From the NCBI RefSeq assembly GCF_001194135.2, contig NC_068984.1, forward strand, positions 65,418,713 through 65,482,712: 64,000 nt of DNA. The letters run 5' to 3'. Below the pieces are notes generated by a model. The model saw only the letters and a program-made list of their open reading frames with translations, was not told where the DNA came from and did no database searches. Source of the DNA: Octopus bimaculoides (lineage: Eukaryota). This document shows positions 26,961 through 40,800 of the stretch, in pieces (positions within the stretch are counted from its first letter, which is position 1; each line of letters starts with the position of its first letter). A program made the position numbers and the translations under genes.

Positions 26961-27974
26961 ATAATACACACATATGGGCATTTGTATGGGATAACGAAAT
27001 TTTTGCAGCTTCAAGCAAAAATAACATGCGATAAATAATTAAATTCCTTCATATTCTCATTATGGCATTTCATGCCCAATTCAGTCTTGCATTTCTTTCT
27101 CAAACATAAGTGGGGTGATATAATCAACAAAACCCATTGTAGGCAGAGTCCAGCATGGCAACAGTCTGATGACTGTGACAAGTAAAAAAAGGAAACAAAA
27201 GAATACGTTATTTGACAGCTGATTGTAAATTTGTATTTAATATCATAAACAAAAATACAAATTTATAAAATGCTTTAGAAGAGGACAAGGCAATGTAGCT
27301 GAGTTGATAGAATGATAAGCATGTGTTTAGTTAAAACAGCATTAATATGAATTAGTTAATAATATTCTTTCCGTCTTTAATTTATTTTCAGTTAGGTAGA
27401 GTTTATATAAAGAATAATTAGAATAAAGTCACTGACTCAATTTCCTACTCTGAAAGCTTCTATCAGGCATTAAAAAATATTTTATTTTATTTCCCCAAAT
27501 GAATAGAGGACTATGAAACATATTGTAAATAATTAAGTAGAAAATCTAACATTGGAAATTAACTATTGAAAAATGTAAGGAAATATTTTCAAATATTCAC
27601 TCCACTTCAAATATTAGAATTAGCAAATTTATCATACAAGATTTAAAAAAAAAATACAAATAACTCTTAACCACATATTTTCAAATAATTGGTAAGCCAG
27701 TCAAAATTTTTATGAAGCCAATCTGAACTTGCCTGTTCGAAAACTGAATAATGAAGTTGCCCAATTTACAATGTACCCAAAAATGTAATTGATACAACAA
27801 GTACCTGTCATAAGCAATATTTGAACTCATTTATAAAAGTCAATTTCCAAGAATAATAATACATTGAAAAAACTTATTGGCATCTTGATTAAATAATTAA
27901 AAACATGTTGAATTATCCATTAATTTGAAATATTTTGAAACTGGCAGGAATGCTTGAATTTTTGGATAAATATT

Positions 27975-28175
27975 GGTTTCAAATTTTGGCACAAAACCAG
28001 CAAATCTAGGGGAGGAGGCAAGTCAGCAGCAGCATCTTGGTATTTATTTTATCAACCCTGAAAGGATAATAGGCAAAGACGACCTCAGCAGAATTTGAAC
28101 TCACATTGTAAATCCAGAAGTAATGCCACTAAGCATTTTATCCAATGTGCAAATGATTCTGTCAGCTCATCACCC
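27975..28175 (+). mobile_element. Repeat family C copy
   Basis: TTTCAAATTTTGGCACAAAACCAGCAA...CCCTGAAAGGATAATAGGCAAAGACGACCTCAGCAGAATTTGAACTC. Confidence 0.8.
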
Positions 28176-28604
28176 TTGCAATACTGGCAGCATAATCATA
28201 AGAGAAAAAAGTTTTCTGGAGTAAACTGGTTGAAATAACCATGTAAACTTGAAATTTTGCAATGGGAAATATATCTTTAACAATGGTAGTTAATAAATAG
28301 TCATAGATGTTTGATAAAGAATAAAAGATTAATTTTGTTAGTGTTACACAAAAACATCTAATTGTAATGTTCAATAAGTTACATTCAATGAATCTGTGAC
28401 AATTAATGGCTATTCATTTGTTTCTACAATTAGATTGTTATAATGTAATTTTTATCTACATACTCATTATGATAGGTTAATGCAATATGGATTTACTGTT
28501 TCTAATTACTTTATCACTTAAAATATTTCATAAAATCTCTACATGTTTTGATTCACTGAATTCTAATACCATATGTACTAACATGTAAGTTACAACAGTA
28601 TACT

Positions 28605-28900
28605 AAGTCACGCCCACTTTGTATGTATAACAGTTTATTGGATTTCAGCCTGTGACACATATGTAAATTGCATGCTCCTTTCCATAAACGTTGTTTGCAA
28701 CTTCGCCTAAATAAGTAAAGGGAAACATTTCACTAAAGTAATCTCGACCATTGCTAATACAGTCTAGCAACGTCCTAGTACCACAGATACCATAGCAAGG
28801 TATTTCTATGGTCTGAAACCGAGAACGAATGGTTAACCAATGTTATTAAACTGCCCGTCTTATACAGGGATATATAATAACATTATAAGCAGCACGTAAT
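28605..28900. promoter_or_regulatory. CpG-enriched promoter-like region with RFX X-box-like motifs
   Basis: About 9 CpGs; GATACCATAGCAAG (28786-28799) resembles the X-box GTTRCCATRGYAAC; half-site CTAGCAAC at 28764; plus-strand donor CAAG|gtattt at 28800. Confidence 0.4.
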
Positions 28901-29409
28901 AGAAATCCAGATTACAGTTGGCTGATGGAAACCACACATTTCACATATGTGTTAGTCACTTCTGGTTTAGTGTGAGCTGCCATTAATGTTTATTTGCTTA
29001 CGATTCTCATATTCAAATAGGCTGAGTAGTGACATAACCTACTGCTTTACTTAATTATTTTCTGGTTTGTGTGTTATGAACATGATGAGGATTTGGAGTA
29101 CAGTGTTTGAGTAGATAAAATGTTGATATGTAAGAAGTAGGCAGTCTATGTACCCATCTTCAGTTAAAAAATACATGATTGTTAACTATGAGTATTTTTA
29201 CTAGTGAAGTACTGATTGTTTGATTTCTCTCTTTACCCAAACAGAAAACCATTTTTGTAACAAATAGGGAATAAATAACTATATCTGACAAGTGTGATAG
29301 GAATTTTAAAAAATAAATCTCAAGATTATCACTAAGAACGTAGGACTAAGTTTGCCTACGATGGAGATGAGCACCTTTTAGCTGACTTACAGAGGAGATA
29401 ATACACATA

Positions 29410-29730
29410 TCTGCTGTGGAACTCAGTGTGAGTCTATGTATGTTGGGGGTGTATTTGTGTGTATGAGTGTATTTGTGTGTGTTTATTTGTGCATGTGTCC
29501 TTGTTTTGACGTCAAGTGATAGTTATAAATAGCCTCACAGACATATAAGTGGTGTTATTCATTCCCAATCTTCCATGAAAATATATCTGGTCATAAGGAA
29601 ATGATAACCTACTTAGAAACAAGTGGAGGTTGGCAACAGAAAAGGCATATAGCTATAGAAAATTTGCCACAACAAATTCCATCTGACTGATATAAGTATA
29701 GAAAAGTAGACATTAAAACAACGATGATAA
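29410..29730 (+). mobile_element. Mosaic SINE body and tail (same family as the outer element at 26290)
   Basis: GGAGGTTGGCAACAGAAAAGGCAT..GCTATAGAAAAT...AAAGTAGACATTAAAAC..GATGA. Confidence 0.65.
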
Positions 29731-32700
29731 TATGTATATACACATGCACACACACATACACACATGCACACATACTATTATTACTCTTAGTAAATTATTT
29801 GTATATTTATTCAACAATAGCATTTGGGCTTAATTTATTGCCCTGAAGACAGAAATTGCCACATATGAACCACTACAATTTAGTTACCTTCAATTGATTT
29901 AATAAAAAAAAAAAAAATGATCTTAAACAGGAACACAAGTAATTAAATTAGATAGAATCCAATTTTATATTTGAATTCTATGTGTATTTTTAACAAGAGG
30001 ATTTTAAGACTGAAGACAATCAATGATAGTTCATGAAGAGTAAATTATAAAGTAACACTTTATTAAATGGCAATAGTGATGTGCACCATTAGCACAAGAA
30101 TGAACATATGCTTCGAATCTTTCAATAACAAGCACACAAGGTTATGACAGTTACTTTGTGTGAAAATAAAAAAAATATGCTTATTGTTTTCCAGTTTTAA
30201 TCTTCTGACATTAAGATCATTACCCAAAGCTCTGATAATATTCATATGTCTGGGTTTTTGACCTCACATTTGTTGTATATATGTTCTTTCTAATTTACAA
30301 ATAATTACCAGCTTTTGCGTCAAAATGTTTTTTTAGATATATCAGAGAAGACACTTAAAGATTTTTAGAAATATCCTAATCATTCTGATTTTTATTTTGT
30401 TCAATAAAAATGACAACCTATAGTAGCAGTACTATGTATTTGTATGTTGATTTTGATAACATTTTAAATTTCTGATCAGGGAAATTTTAACCACAAATTA
30501 GTCAAATTATATTCTATTAGTAGCATGAGCAAAACCATTTCGGACCCTAATTAGAAACTCAAATTCTGTTAACATTCAGTACAATCTGGGAATATGTGAA
30601 CTTCCAACAGTTTTGAAGAAACATATACACCAAATGAAACTTTAGCATATAATAGAAGATAACTATACATCAATGACTTTCACTGTATGTCAAGATAGAG
30701 AGAATTAGCTGCCCAAGAATCACAGTCCTCCACAAGACTTTATTAGAGTGATGCAAAAGTAAATAAAGCCATATCTGACACTAACATGACTTCGGAAGTT
30801 GGCAAATAAGTTTATCATTTGATATCTAAATATCGTTTAGCAGTATTTTCGCTTTGTTGATTACTATATTGCAGCATGATTAGAATAATCATATAATCCC
30901 TTTAATTTGTCAGTCCAGGGTTAGATATAGAGATAAATCATGATTAATATCTAAAGACAGAGTAAATTTCTTATCTTTATTAGTAAATCTATTATAGAAA
31001 ATTATGCAACTTTAGACACATTAAGAAATTTGCATGCTTCATTTTATTTTCTACTCTGTTAACATGAATTCATTGAAATTATTGTTTGTGTTATATACTG
31101 ATATTCATTAGTATTTGCTATTATTTCATACATTATATATATACATATATATATACACACACAAACACATTTTAATAATGCTTTCTTAACATTGTCTGAT
31201 ATATACACATTGTAAGTTCGCATTTTTATTTCTATTGTGAACACATTTATTAGTGTTATCATACTGTGCTTCTGTTTCTTTTTGCTTCATTTTTCATTTA
31301 AGCATAGGTATTTGAAAGAATGAACCACATCAGTTGTTTTGTTACTATATTGTATAATGGAAGAATGTTATTGAAAGTCATCTATTATATATGTGGTTTC
31401 AACTGGTTATTTAATTGTCGCTAGTTTGAAATGTTGGAAGTTGTTCCTTCTATCACAGTAAAGAATCTATTAGTTACTCTTGAACTGTGTAATGAATGAA
31501 AAATATAACTAAGAATATCTTTTTCCTCAGGCTTAAAATAGAAAAGAAACGTTTATAGAGATTAAAATAAAAATATCAAAAGTTGCTTAATAGAATAAAA
31601 ATTACATTTTGAAATAAATTTATATCAGTATATGTATTTCTATAGCTCAACTACCTTGTATCATACACTAACTATGGGGACAAATAAAGTAAATGCATCA
31701 AAAATTAATTTAACACAAAAGTGACATTGCTGGGGCAATTATATTGGTGTGGCTATGGCTTATTTTAGTACTGAATGTTCAAAAGAATTATCAAAGCAAC
31801 AATTATAGAAGTTAGGCATTAAATCTAGAGGACACTATTAAATACATAATAGAAATCACAAAAAATATTCAAAGTTTGTCTATTACAAGTAATAATTGAT
31901 ATCAAGAATCTTGCAAACCAAATAGAAAAATAAAATGTCCTAAACTAGCTAAGCTAGCAAGATGCTGAAAAAAAGCACTGTTCTGCAGTCTCAAGATCAG
32001 AATGAACCATTTGACAGCTTTGTTTCATAAAGGTACACATCAACTCCAGGCTGCATACCAGCATCATCAATTTGGTTGCAAGAAAACTGCAGCTCACAAA
32101 ATAACCTTTAAACTAGGAGACAGGCAGACAGACATGAAACAGTCTTGAAGTAGAGAGAGCATGTAAAAGAGCTTTGACAACAGAACTGGCTGACCAAACA
32201 ATGAATCAAACAATTGATTAGTTAGTTGGTTAAATGTTAACGAATTGATCAATAATAATAAAAGTGAAAGAGAACCAGTATGTGTCTGTTATTGGCATAA
32301 TGACCTTCCCAAACATAAAATCTATTTCAACATGTAGGTTTCCATTATGAGTATGGCAACTAAATACAAAAATTATATATATATATATATATATNNNNNN
32401 NNNNNNNNNNNNNNNNNNNNNNNNNNNNNNNNNNNNNNNNNNNNNNNNNNNNNNNNNNNNNNNNNNNNNNNNNNNNNNNNNNNNNNNNNNNNNNNNNNNN
32501 NNNNNNNNNNNNNNNNNNNNNNNNNNNNNNNNNNNNNNNNNNNNNNNNNNNNNNNNNNNNNNNNNNNNNNNNNNNNNNNNNNNNNNNNNNNNNNNNNNNN
32601 NNNNNNNNNNNNNNNNNNNNNNNNNNNNNNNNNNNNNNNNNNNNNNNNNNNNNNNNNNNNNNNNNNNNNNNNNNNNNNNNNNNNNNNNNNNNNNNNNNNN

Positions 32701-32794
32701 NNNNNNNNNNNNNNNNNNNNNNNNNNNNNNNNNNNNNNNNNNNNNNNNNNNNNNNNNNNNNNNNNNNNNNNNNNNNNNNNNNNNNNNNNNNNNN

Positions 32795-32841
<47 letters not shown>

Positions 32842-33983
32842 ACACACACACACACACATATATATATAATTGCACAGTAACATAACAAACAGATTACACT
32901 TCAGAACATTCCATGGCAGGTTAAAACACCATATCTGCTGTAAGTAGTAAACAGTTTCATTATATGGTCAAAGACAACAAATGTATTTCAAAGATATGGA
33001 TCTATATAGGTAATTGAATTATCATATATGGAGTGAATTAATGAAACAATGACAGTAGATAAATATGAATTCAGAGAAAGAATTCAGTAAAATAATGTAG
33101 ATACAATAAAATCAAAAAATAAAAGACAAATTGTCTTTTAAGAAAGAATAATTTTATCACAAAGATTTGCTTTCTAAAGATTGGTTGACCATCCCATAGT
33201 AGTGAAATGAATAGACCTTATGCCAAGAAAAATGAATAAAATAGATACAAGAATAAATAGACAAATGAATAGAATGAAAAGTATGGAGAAAATGAAGAAA
33301 AATAAAGAGGGTTTAGATATCGAGACAGGTGGCCAGGTTTGTTAACGACATTGTATATATTTTAGTAGAGGTACTTAGGTGCAGATCAAAGCAACCAACA
33401 ATGTTGGAATTTCATGCACAGCTGATTCAAAGGACAGAAATAGATAAATGTGTTTGTATAGAGGAACTTTCCCTTCAAGCATGTTTCATTACAAATAAAA
33501 CGTAGACTAATTTTATGTATTTTATGAAGGTTTATTTACATTTTTGCTTGTGGCTCCTGTTATTTATTTGGAACTGTAAAATTGCTAAGTCATCATCAAA
33601 ATTTTGTAGAATTTTTTTTTTCCATACTTTTATCCTCAGGATGAAGTGACAATGGCTTGTACTGCTGTCCTTTATAATGATTGGTGTAGCTTTTGCCATT
33701 GAAACTTGAATTTTGACAGATTTAAATATCATCCATCAGGTGTCTATGTCTTTGTTTCGGATTAGTGCATGTTATTTGTACATTTATTTTAGGACCAAAC
33801 TGTATTATAGTTATAGCTTTCATCATATATTGACCATTTCTGTAGGGAATTATGTAGACTACAGATGAGGTCTGTACTCGAATGTTCTATCTAAGAAAGT
33901 TTTGAAATGTTAAGTGTGACCTTAGGAATGTTAAGGACTGTCACAAACCATAAGTAACTGAAAATACAAAACAAAATGTGGTA

Positions 33984-34093
33984 TGACGTCAGCAACTGGG
34001 GAGCTGACCGGAACGGTGAGCTGACCGGAAGAGGAACAAGGGCAGAGGGAGCCTTGATCGGGATTTCGTGCCCTTGTGAATTTGTTCGTAAGT
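33984..34093 (+). promoter_or_regulatory. Housekeeping-type promoter with first non-coding exon
   Basis: Perfect CRE TGACGTCA (33984-33991); tandem GAGCTGACCGGAA x2 carrying ETS CCGGAA cores; GC/CpG-rich stretch ending in TTC|gtaagt (donor at 34088). Confidence 0.6.
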
Positions 34094-34344
34094 ATAACTT
34101 AATGGTTAAAGAGCATACTTCAAAATCAAAAATTCCTTGGGCATATACTTAAGCTACCACATATTACAATCATAATCATATCAAAACTATAAATCAACCC
34201 AAATGTTGTGAGAGAAACGGGGTGAGAAGAAACATTTAAACCCATCTCATAATATGTACTAAAGTTTTAAGTGCTTGGCATATCACATTGTGTCACACTG
34301 CTTTTGCATGTGCCTTACATTAAGGGTGCAAGTGTTTGTGTGGA

Positions 34345-34664
34345 GGCGCAATGGCCCAGTGGTTAGGGCAGCGGACTCGTGGTCATAGGATCGCGATTTC
34401 GATTCCCAGACCGGGTGTTGTGAGTGTTTATTGAGCGAAAACACCTAAAGCTTCACGAGGCTCCAGCAGAGGATGGTGACGAACCCTGCTGTACTCTTTC
34501 ACCACAACTTTCTCTCACTCTTTCTTCCTGTTTCTGTTGTGCTTGTAATTCAAAGGGTCAGCCTTGTCACACTGTGTCACGCTGAATATCCCTGAGAACT
34601 ACGTTAAGGGTACACGTGTGTATGGAGTGCTCAGCCACTTGCACGTTAATTTCATGAGCAGGCT
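34345..34664 (+). mobile_element. tRNA-derived SINE family D (resembles octopus OR/OK-type SINEs), cut by an N-gap
   Basis: Head GGCGCAATGGCCCAGTGGTTAGGGCAGCGGACTCG..GATTTCGATTCCC with A and B boxes; body ACGTTAAGGGTACACGTG..AGTGCTCAGCCACTTGCACGTTAATTTCA shared with 62120-62430. Confidence 0.85.
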
Positions 34665-35375
34665 NNNNNNNNNNNNNNNNNNNNNNNNNNNNNNNNNNNN
34701 NNNNNNNNNNNNNNNNNNNNNNNNNNNNNNNNNNNNNNNNNNNNNNNNNNNNNNNNNNNNNNNNNNNNNNNNNNNNNNNNNNNNNNNNNNNNNNNNNNNN
34801 NNNNNNNNNNNNNNNNNNNNNNNNNNNNNNNNNNNNNNNNNNNNNNNNNNNNNNNNNNNNNNNNNNNNNNNNNNNNNNNNNNNNNNNNNNNNNNNNNNNN
34901 NNNNNNNNNNNNNNNNNNNNNNNNNNNNNNNNNNNNNNNNNNNNNNNNNNNNNNNNNNNNNNNNNNNNNNNNNNNNNNNNNNNNNNNNNNNNNNNNNNNN
35001 NNNNNNNNNNNNNNNNNNNNNNNNNNNNNNNNNNNNNNNNNNNNNNNNNNNNNNNNNNNNNNNNNNNNNNNNNNNNNNNNNNNNNNNNNNNNNNNNNNNN
35101 NNNNNNNNNNNNNNNNNNNNNNNNNNNNNNNNNNNNNNNNNNNNNNNNNNNNNNNNNNNNNNNNNNNNNNNNNNNNNNNNNNNNNNNNNNNNNNNNNNNN
35201 NNNNNNNNNNNNNNNNNNNNNNNNNNNNNNNNNNNNNNNNNNNNNNNNNNNNNNNNNNNNNNNNNNNNNNNNNNNNNNNNNNNNNNNNNNNNNNNNNNNN
35301 NNNNNNNNNNNNNNNNNNNNNNNNNNNNNNNNNNNNNNNNNNNNNNNNNNNNNNNNNNNNNNNNNNNNNNNNNNN

Positions 35376-35447
<72 letters not shown>

Positions 35448-36232
35448 ATAAAATACATAACTATGTTCTAGTTTTAAGTTGAAACTTTTTTATTTTTATA
35501 TTTTGAATATTTTCTTATTAGTTGTTTTTTGCAGCTGTTTGAGAACAGTATAGTTTCCTAAATCCACATACAACATATTTAGGCCTGCCATCTCATTAGC
35601 AAGATTTGAACTGAATATTGTATGTGCATATGTGTGTGTGTGTGTATGAGTGTGCGTGTGTGTATGAGTATGCATGCACGTGTGTGTGTATGTGTGGGTA
35701 CACATTTACATGCAATGCATACACAATAGGTTTGTTTGTTTGTGTATTCAGTTTTCTACTTTTGTTTAACAGACTATCAGGTTCTTTCATAATACTATTC
35801 ATCACTCGTATAGAAGTTTCCTGTATGCTGCCTTGAAATAGCCTTTCTTTCACAATTTTATAGGAAAGTGGTAAAGTTGTTAGAACTTTCTTTTTGTCCA
35901 TATTTTTTCTGGCTCTCTGTCCCTTTTAATCAAATCTTGCCAAGGTCAACATTGCCTTTCATCCTTTCAGGCTTGAAAAGTAAAACATCTGCCTAAGGAA
36001 GCAGATTTGCAGAATTATTAATGTCAGATGAAATGCTTCATAGTGTTTGTTATAGCAGTTTGCATGCTACTTTTTATCAATGGCCTTCCCATTGTAGATA
36101 AATGGTTCATTAGGGCCCGGCTAATGGTAATAATCCTCCAGTAGGCAACAGAGTGATACATCAATTTGAACAACATCTTAAACAATAAAAAACATGCTCA
36201 CACTACAGAAAGTAAGATATCTGCTAGAACAG

Positions 36233-36271
<39 letters not shown>

Positions 36272-36551
36272 NNNNNNNNNNNNNNNNNNNNNNNNNNNNN
36301 NNNNNNNNNNNNNNNNNNNNNNNNNNNNNNNNNNNNNNNNNNNNNNNNNNNNNNNNNNNNNNNNNNNNNNNNNNNNNNNNNNNNNNNNNNNNNNNNNNNN
36401 NNNNNNNNNNNNNNNNNNNNNNNNNNNNNNNNNNNNNNNNNNNNNNNNNNNNNNNNNNNNNNNNNNNNNNNNNNNNNNNNNNNNNNNNNNNNNNNNNNNN
36501 NNNNNNNNNNNNNNNNNNNNNNNNNNNNNNNNNNNNNNNNNNNNNNNNNNN

Positions 36552-36700
36552 TGGTTGGCGTTAGGAAGGGCATCCAGCTGTAGAAACTCTGCCAAATCAG
36601 ATTGGAGCCTGGTGTAGCCACCTAGTCCACCAGTCCTCAGTCAAATCGTCCAACCCATGCTAGCATGGAAAGCGGACGTTAAATGATGCTGATGATGATA
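36552..36700 (+). mobile_element. SINE family A, young copy
   Basis: TGGTTGGCGTTAGGAAGGGCATCCAGCTGTAGAAACTCTGCC...GCTAGCATGGAAAGCGGACGTTAAA(TGA)n. Confidence 0.9.
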
Positions 36701-36844
36701 TATATATATATATATCTGAAACCATTGTTTCATATATACATATTTATATGTATGTGTGTGTGTGTGTGCTAACCTTTGATTTAAAATGTCAACTGGTGTG
36801 GTTATGCCCCACTGAACTAATTTGCAGAGATTGCATGATTATAT

Positions 36845-37813
36845 AAGGGGAAGTTAAAAATTGTCTGCACTTTCACCATAACTTTCTTTAGGTTGGTCAC
36901 TTAGCCTTCAGTACTCACATGCTAAAATGTGGTACTCTTATGATTAGGTAATAAAGTTTTGACCTTGGTCAGTGCAGCTTTTTCTCTTGTATTACGAAGT
37001 AAACATGGCCACTCCACTATCAGTGTGCAACAAGGCAAAACAGAGATCAGTGACCCCATTTCTCTGTCCTGAAGGTGTGTCTAGGGCTGAAATTCCTCAC
37101 AGGCTCTCAGTTCCTTATGGAGATAGCACTGAGTGGATCAAGGAATTTTAAAATGGTCAGACAAGCATGAAGTACAAAGAGGGAGCAGCACATCCATCAA
37201 CCTCCACCACAGACATGAAGAGTCAACAAGCTCAAAAAATGGTTCTGGTGAACTGACAAATGGCCATTAATAAAGTAGCATGTTCTCTGCAAATTAGTCA
37301 TGATCCTGCATATAAAATCACCCATGATAAGCTTGCTTTCATAAAGTCTGTGTGATATGAGTGCCAAAAGAGCTTACCGAAGCAGATAAGTATAATGTGC
37401 AATTGTGTGGAGATCTGTCAACACTTACGCAATAGCTACAACAATGCAGGTGAAGCATTTTTGGAAAGACTAGTCAGAAATGAGATCTGGGTTCATCATT
37501 TAGATCCAGATTCCAAAAGACAGGGTATGAAGTATTGTATACAGTCCAGATCTTGACCTTCTGATTACCACTTCTTTGGACCATCCAAACAGCCTTTATG
37601 AGGCGATCAATTTTCTACAAAGAAGTGTAGAAGGTAGTGCATAAATGGCTCAACCAGACAAAATCTTCTTTTCTGATGGAATGAACAAGCTTGTGGACCA
37701 CTTGTATTGAAAAGCAAGGAGAATGTATTGAAAAATGAGGAAATTGTTCAACCTCTGTTTTTGTTCCAATAAATTACAAAAACAAATACATATGCAATTT
37801 TTGACTTACCCCA
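36845..37813 (+). mobile_element. Mariner DNA transposon, internally deleted, with pseudogenised transposase (~37005-37738)
   Basis: Imperfect TIRs GGGGAAGTTAAAAATTG / CAATTTTTGACTTACCCC; translation MATPLSVCNKAKQRSV..HKVCVI*VPKELTE (WVPKEL), EIWVHH, YSPDL.SDYHFFGP, IEK*; the segment between the first catalytic motif and YSPDL is missing. Confidence 0.9.
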
Positions 37814-40800
37814 TTTTTTCCACCCAAGTGAAATAAACAATAAAACTTTACAAGAAATGAAATTTTCTAAATGGTAATCTTATTATTGAAAATTTTCATG
37901 ACAAGCTTATGTTAAACAAATGTGTGGGTCCTTTTTTCTTTTAGCATTAACAGAACAAAAGCTGATATAAAAATGGAGTGTAAAAATATATATGATTAAA
38001 AGATAGTTCTTATGAAATAGAGTATTTTCTTTAGTTTATTTCAAATGCTATTAATCTTAAATTCTAGCTAATGGATTAAAAAAATAAAGCAAAAGAAACA
38101 GAAAAAAAAAAGAAGAACAGTGTGATGCATCATTTTGATATTTTTGTAATTATTTCGTTTGTGTAATGACAACTGAAAACTTTTCAATAAATGTTACTTG
38201 AAATGGAATGAAAATTATTAGTCTACACACTTAAAAACTTACAAGCAGCAAGCCATGAGATTAATTGCAAATTTTGAATAGAAAAGGAAACAATGAATAT
38301 TAGCTATTTCATTGTGAAAGCATTTATATATAAAGGTGAAAGGATTGCTAGGTGTTTGTCATCATACCCTCATTAAGCTACATTAGGCCCTGTAAAATCA
38401 TTTAGATCAAAACAATTTTCATTTTAGACAAAAGTAGTTTTAAACCTTCATTCACTAAAATGATAGTGGGGTTAAAATGTCTTATCAGTCAAAATCATTG
38501 CAACCGTTTCTGTTTTTTTCTGTAAAAGTTGCACAAAATGATAAAAGTCTAATGACTGAATCTATCATATCAATATAAAAATACATTCTACTATATTTTG
38601 TTATTGCTATTAGAATAAATTAATCAGTGTGCACCAAAGCAGAACAACACATTTCACTTGCTGAGAAACAGAAATGAACTTACAAGAATATATCTAATCT
38701 CACTCAACTGATCACTCTATAATGTGGTATAGGTAGGTGTATTAAACCAATTACATTATTTAATATTCCAAATCTTAAATGGAAAAATTAATGATAATAT
38801 GTTCCAGAATTTTTCATAATATCTGCCCCTTCATAAGGGCTCAAAGTTCTAAAAGATCCAGATTCTCTGTATTCCAGAGGTGTCAATGATGACACATTTT
38901 CTTAATACAGATAGATATCAAATTGATTTTAATTAAAAATATTTTTCTTAGATGTAGTAAAGTCTACAGGAATTAAAACCTAGACAGAAATAAGAATAAA
39001 TGTAACTGTTAATTTTGAGTAGGATACTCCTGTATTGACAGATTTATAATAGGAATAACTTAGTTCACCCAGAAATAAATCAGATGCTAGAATTAATTTC
39101 CTATCAGCATTGAATAAAATCAATTCTAAAATAGAATGTAATAAATGTGGAAGACATTAATACTAATTTTATGGCAATGCTTCAGCTGCATACAAATGCC
39201 AAATATCAAGGGAAATATGCAAGCTATAGTAGAATTAGTGACACAGCAGACTCTTCCTTCAATATTAAATGACTTAGAATCATAACTTCTCACAATGAAG
39301 AAAAGAAGGAAGTTAGAATAAAACTGCCAGGTTTCTAGTTCCATACAGTGAATAAAAACAAATAGCAGGTTATATAAAGGTACTAAAGGTGACAACAAAT
39401 GTAGTTGAAAGCACTGTACAATGCATAAGTATATTTTATTATAACGCTGAATTCAACCCTTTTAAAGCACTAGGGGTTTTACATGTAACACCAATTGATG
39501 AGAAATAATGGCTTCATGACTCAGTGACGTAAGAGTCTTTATTTTACACTAACCTAAATTCAGAAGGATAATTCTTATTAATAGTGCTCTAGAGAATTAC
39601 CTATCCTTGGCACCCATACCAACTACAGCATATAAACTACTCTATAATTTCACAAGATTATTCAGAATGCAAAGAAACAATTAGTTACATCTTCAGCTCT
39701 GGAACTCACAAACATATCTCTTCAATCTGCATCTTGTGCAAACATAATAGCTTCTACTCCACCAAAGCAGTCAGTTGCAAATAGCTTCCACCCAAGTTTA
39801 CCAGATGCACCCGTCTCATATCATAATCACTACAGTGTCTCACTCTGCCAGAATCTTTTACTAAACACTATACCCACTAATTCTAGCACAGAACTCCAAC
39901 CATTTAGAATTCCTTCTCTGCCTTTACTTTTATTACAAATATTGATTTAAGAGCTCAAACAGAAAATCTGTTGCATCAATCTCAACAAACTGAAAGGAAT
40001 GGGAAGGGCCAAGATATACTGTAGTTCCTCAGAGTAATTAGTAAAAAAAAAAAAAATTGCTTTCTATCTAAAACAGAATATCTACACATTCTTTCTACTA
40101 ATTTTAATTTATGCAAACTTTACAAAACACTTTACATTGCAAAAACACACAACGTACCATTTATTAAATTTCCATTTGAAATGATTCTCATTACATAAAA
40201 TAGTTTTATATTAGTTTAGTATGCTATATTCCTCATAATCAGTTATTTAAACTACNNNNNNNNNNNNNNNNNNNNNNNNNNNNNNNNNNNNNNNNNNNNN
40301 NNNNNNNNNNNNNNNNNNNNNNNNNNNNNNNNNNNNNNNNNNNNNNNNNNNNNNNNNNNNNNNNNNNNNNNNNNNNNNNNNNNNNNNNNNNNNNNNNNNN
40401 NNNNNNNNNNNNNNNNNNNNNNNNNNNNNNNNNNNNNNNNNNNNNNNNNNNNNNNNNNNNNNNNNNNNNNNNNNNNNNNNNNNNNNNNNNNNNNNNNNNN
40501 NNNNNNNNNNNNNNNNNNNNNNNNNNNNNNNNNNNNNNNNNNNNNNNNNNNNNNNNNNNNNNNNNNNNNNNNNNNNNNNNNNNNNNNNNNNNNNNNNNNN
40601 NNNNNNNNNNNNNNNNNNNNNNNNNNNNNNNNNNNNNNNNNNNNNNNNNNNNNNNNNNNNNNNNNNNNNNNNNNNNNNNNNNNNNNNNNNNNNNNNNNNN
40701 NNNNNNNNNNNNNNNNNNNNNNNNNNNNNNNNNNNNNNNNNNNNNNNNNNNNNNNNNNNNNNNNNNNNNNNNNNNNNNNNNNNNNNNNNNNNNNNNNNNN

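Noticed and set aside
33640-33730. Strong acceptor followed by a signal-peptide-like MK*QWLVLLSFIMIGVAFAIET
   Set aside because: In-frame stops in every frame; hydrophobic reads are expected from T-rich DNA.
34345-34420. tRNA gene-like sequence (also the reverse-strand head at 46755-46827)
   Set aside because: A and B boxes are present but there is no proper acceptor stem, and the sequence continues into SINE bodies.
35596-35901. 101-aa minus-strand ORF MDKKKVLTT...
   Set aside because: The 3' third is (CA)n-derived; no good splice signals and no domain recognised.
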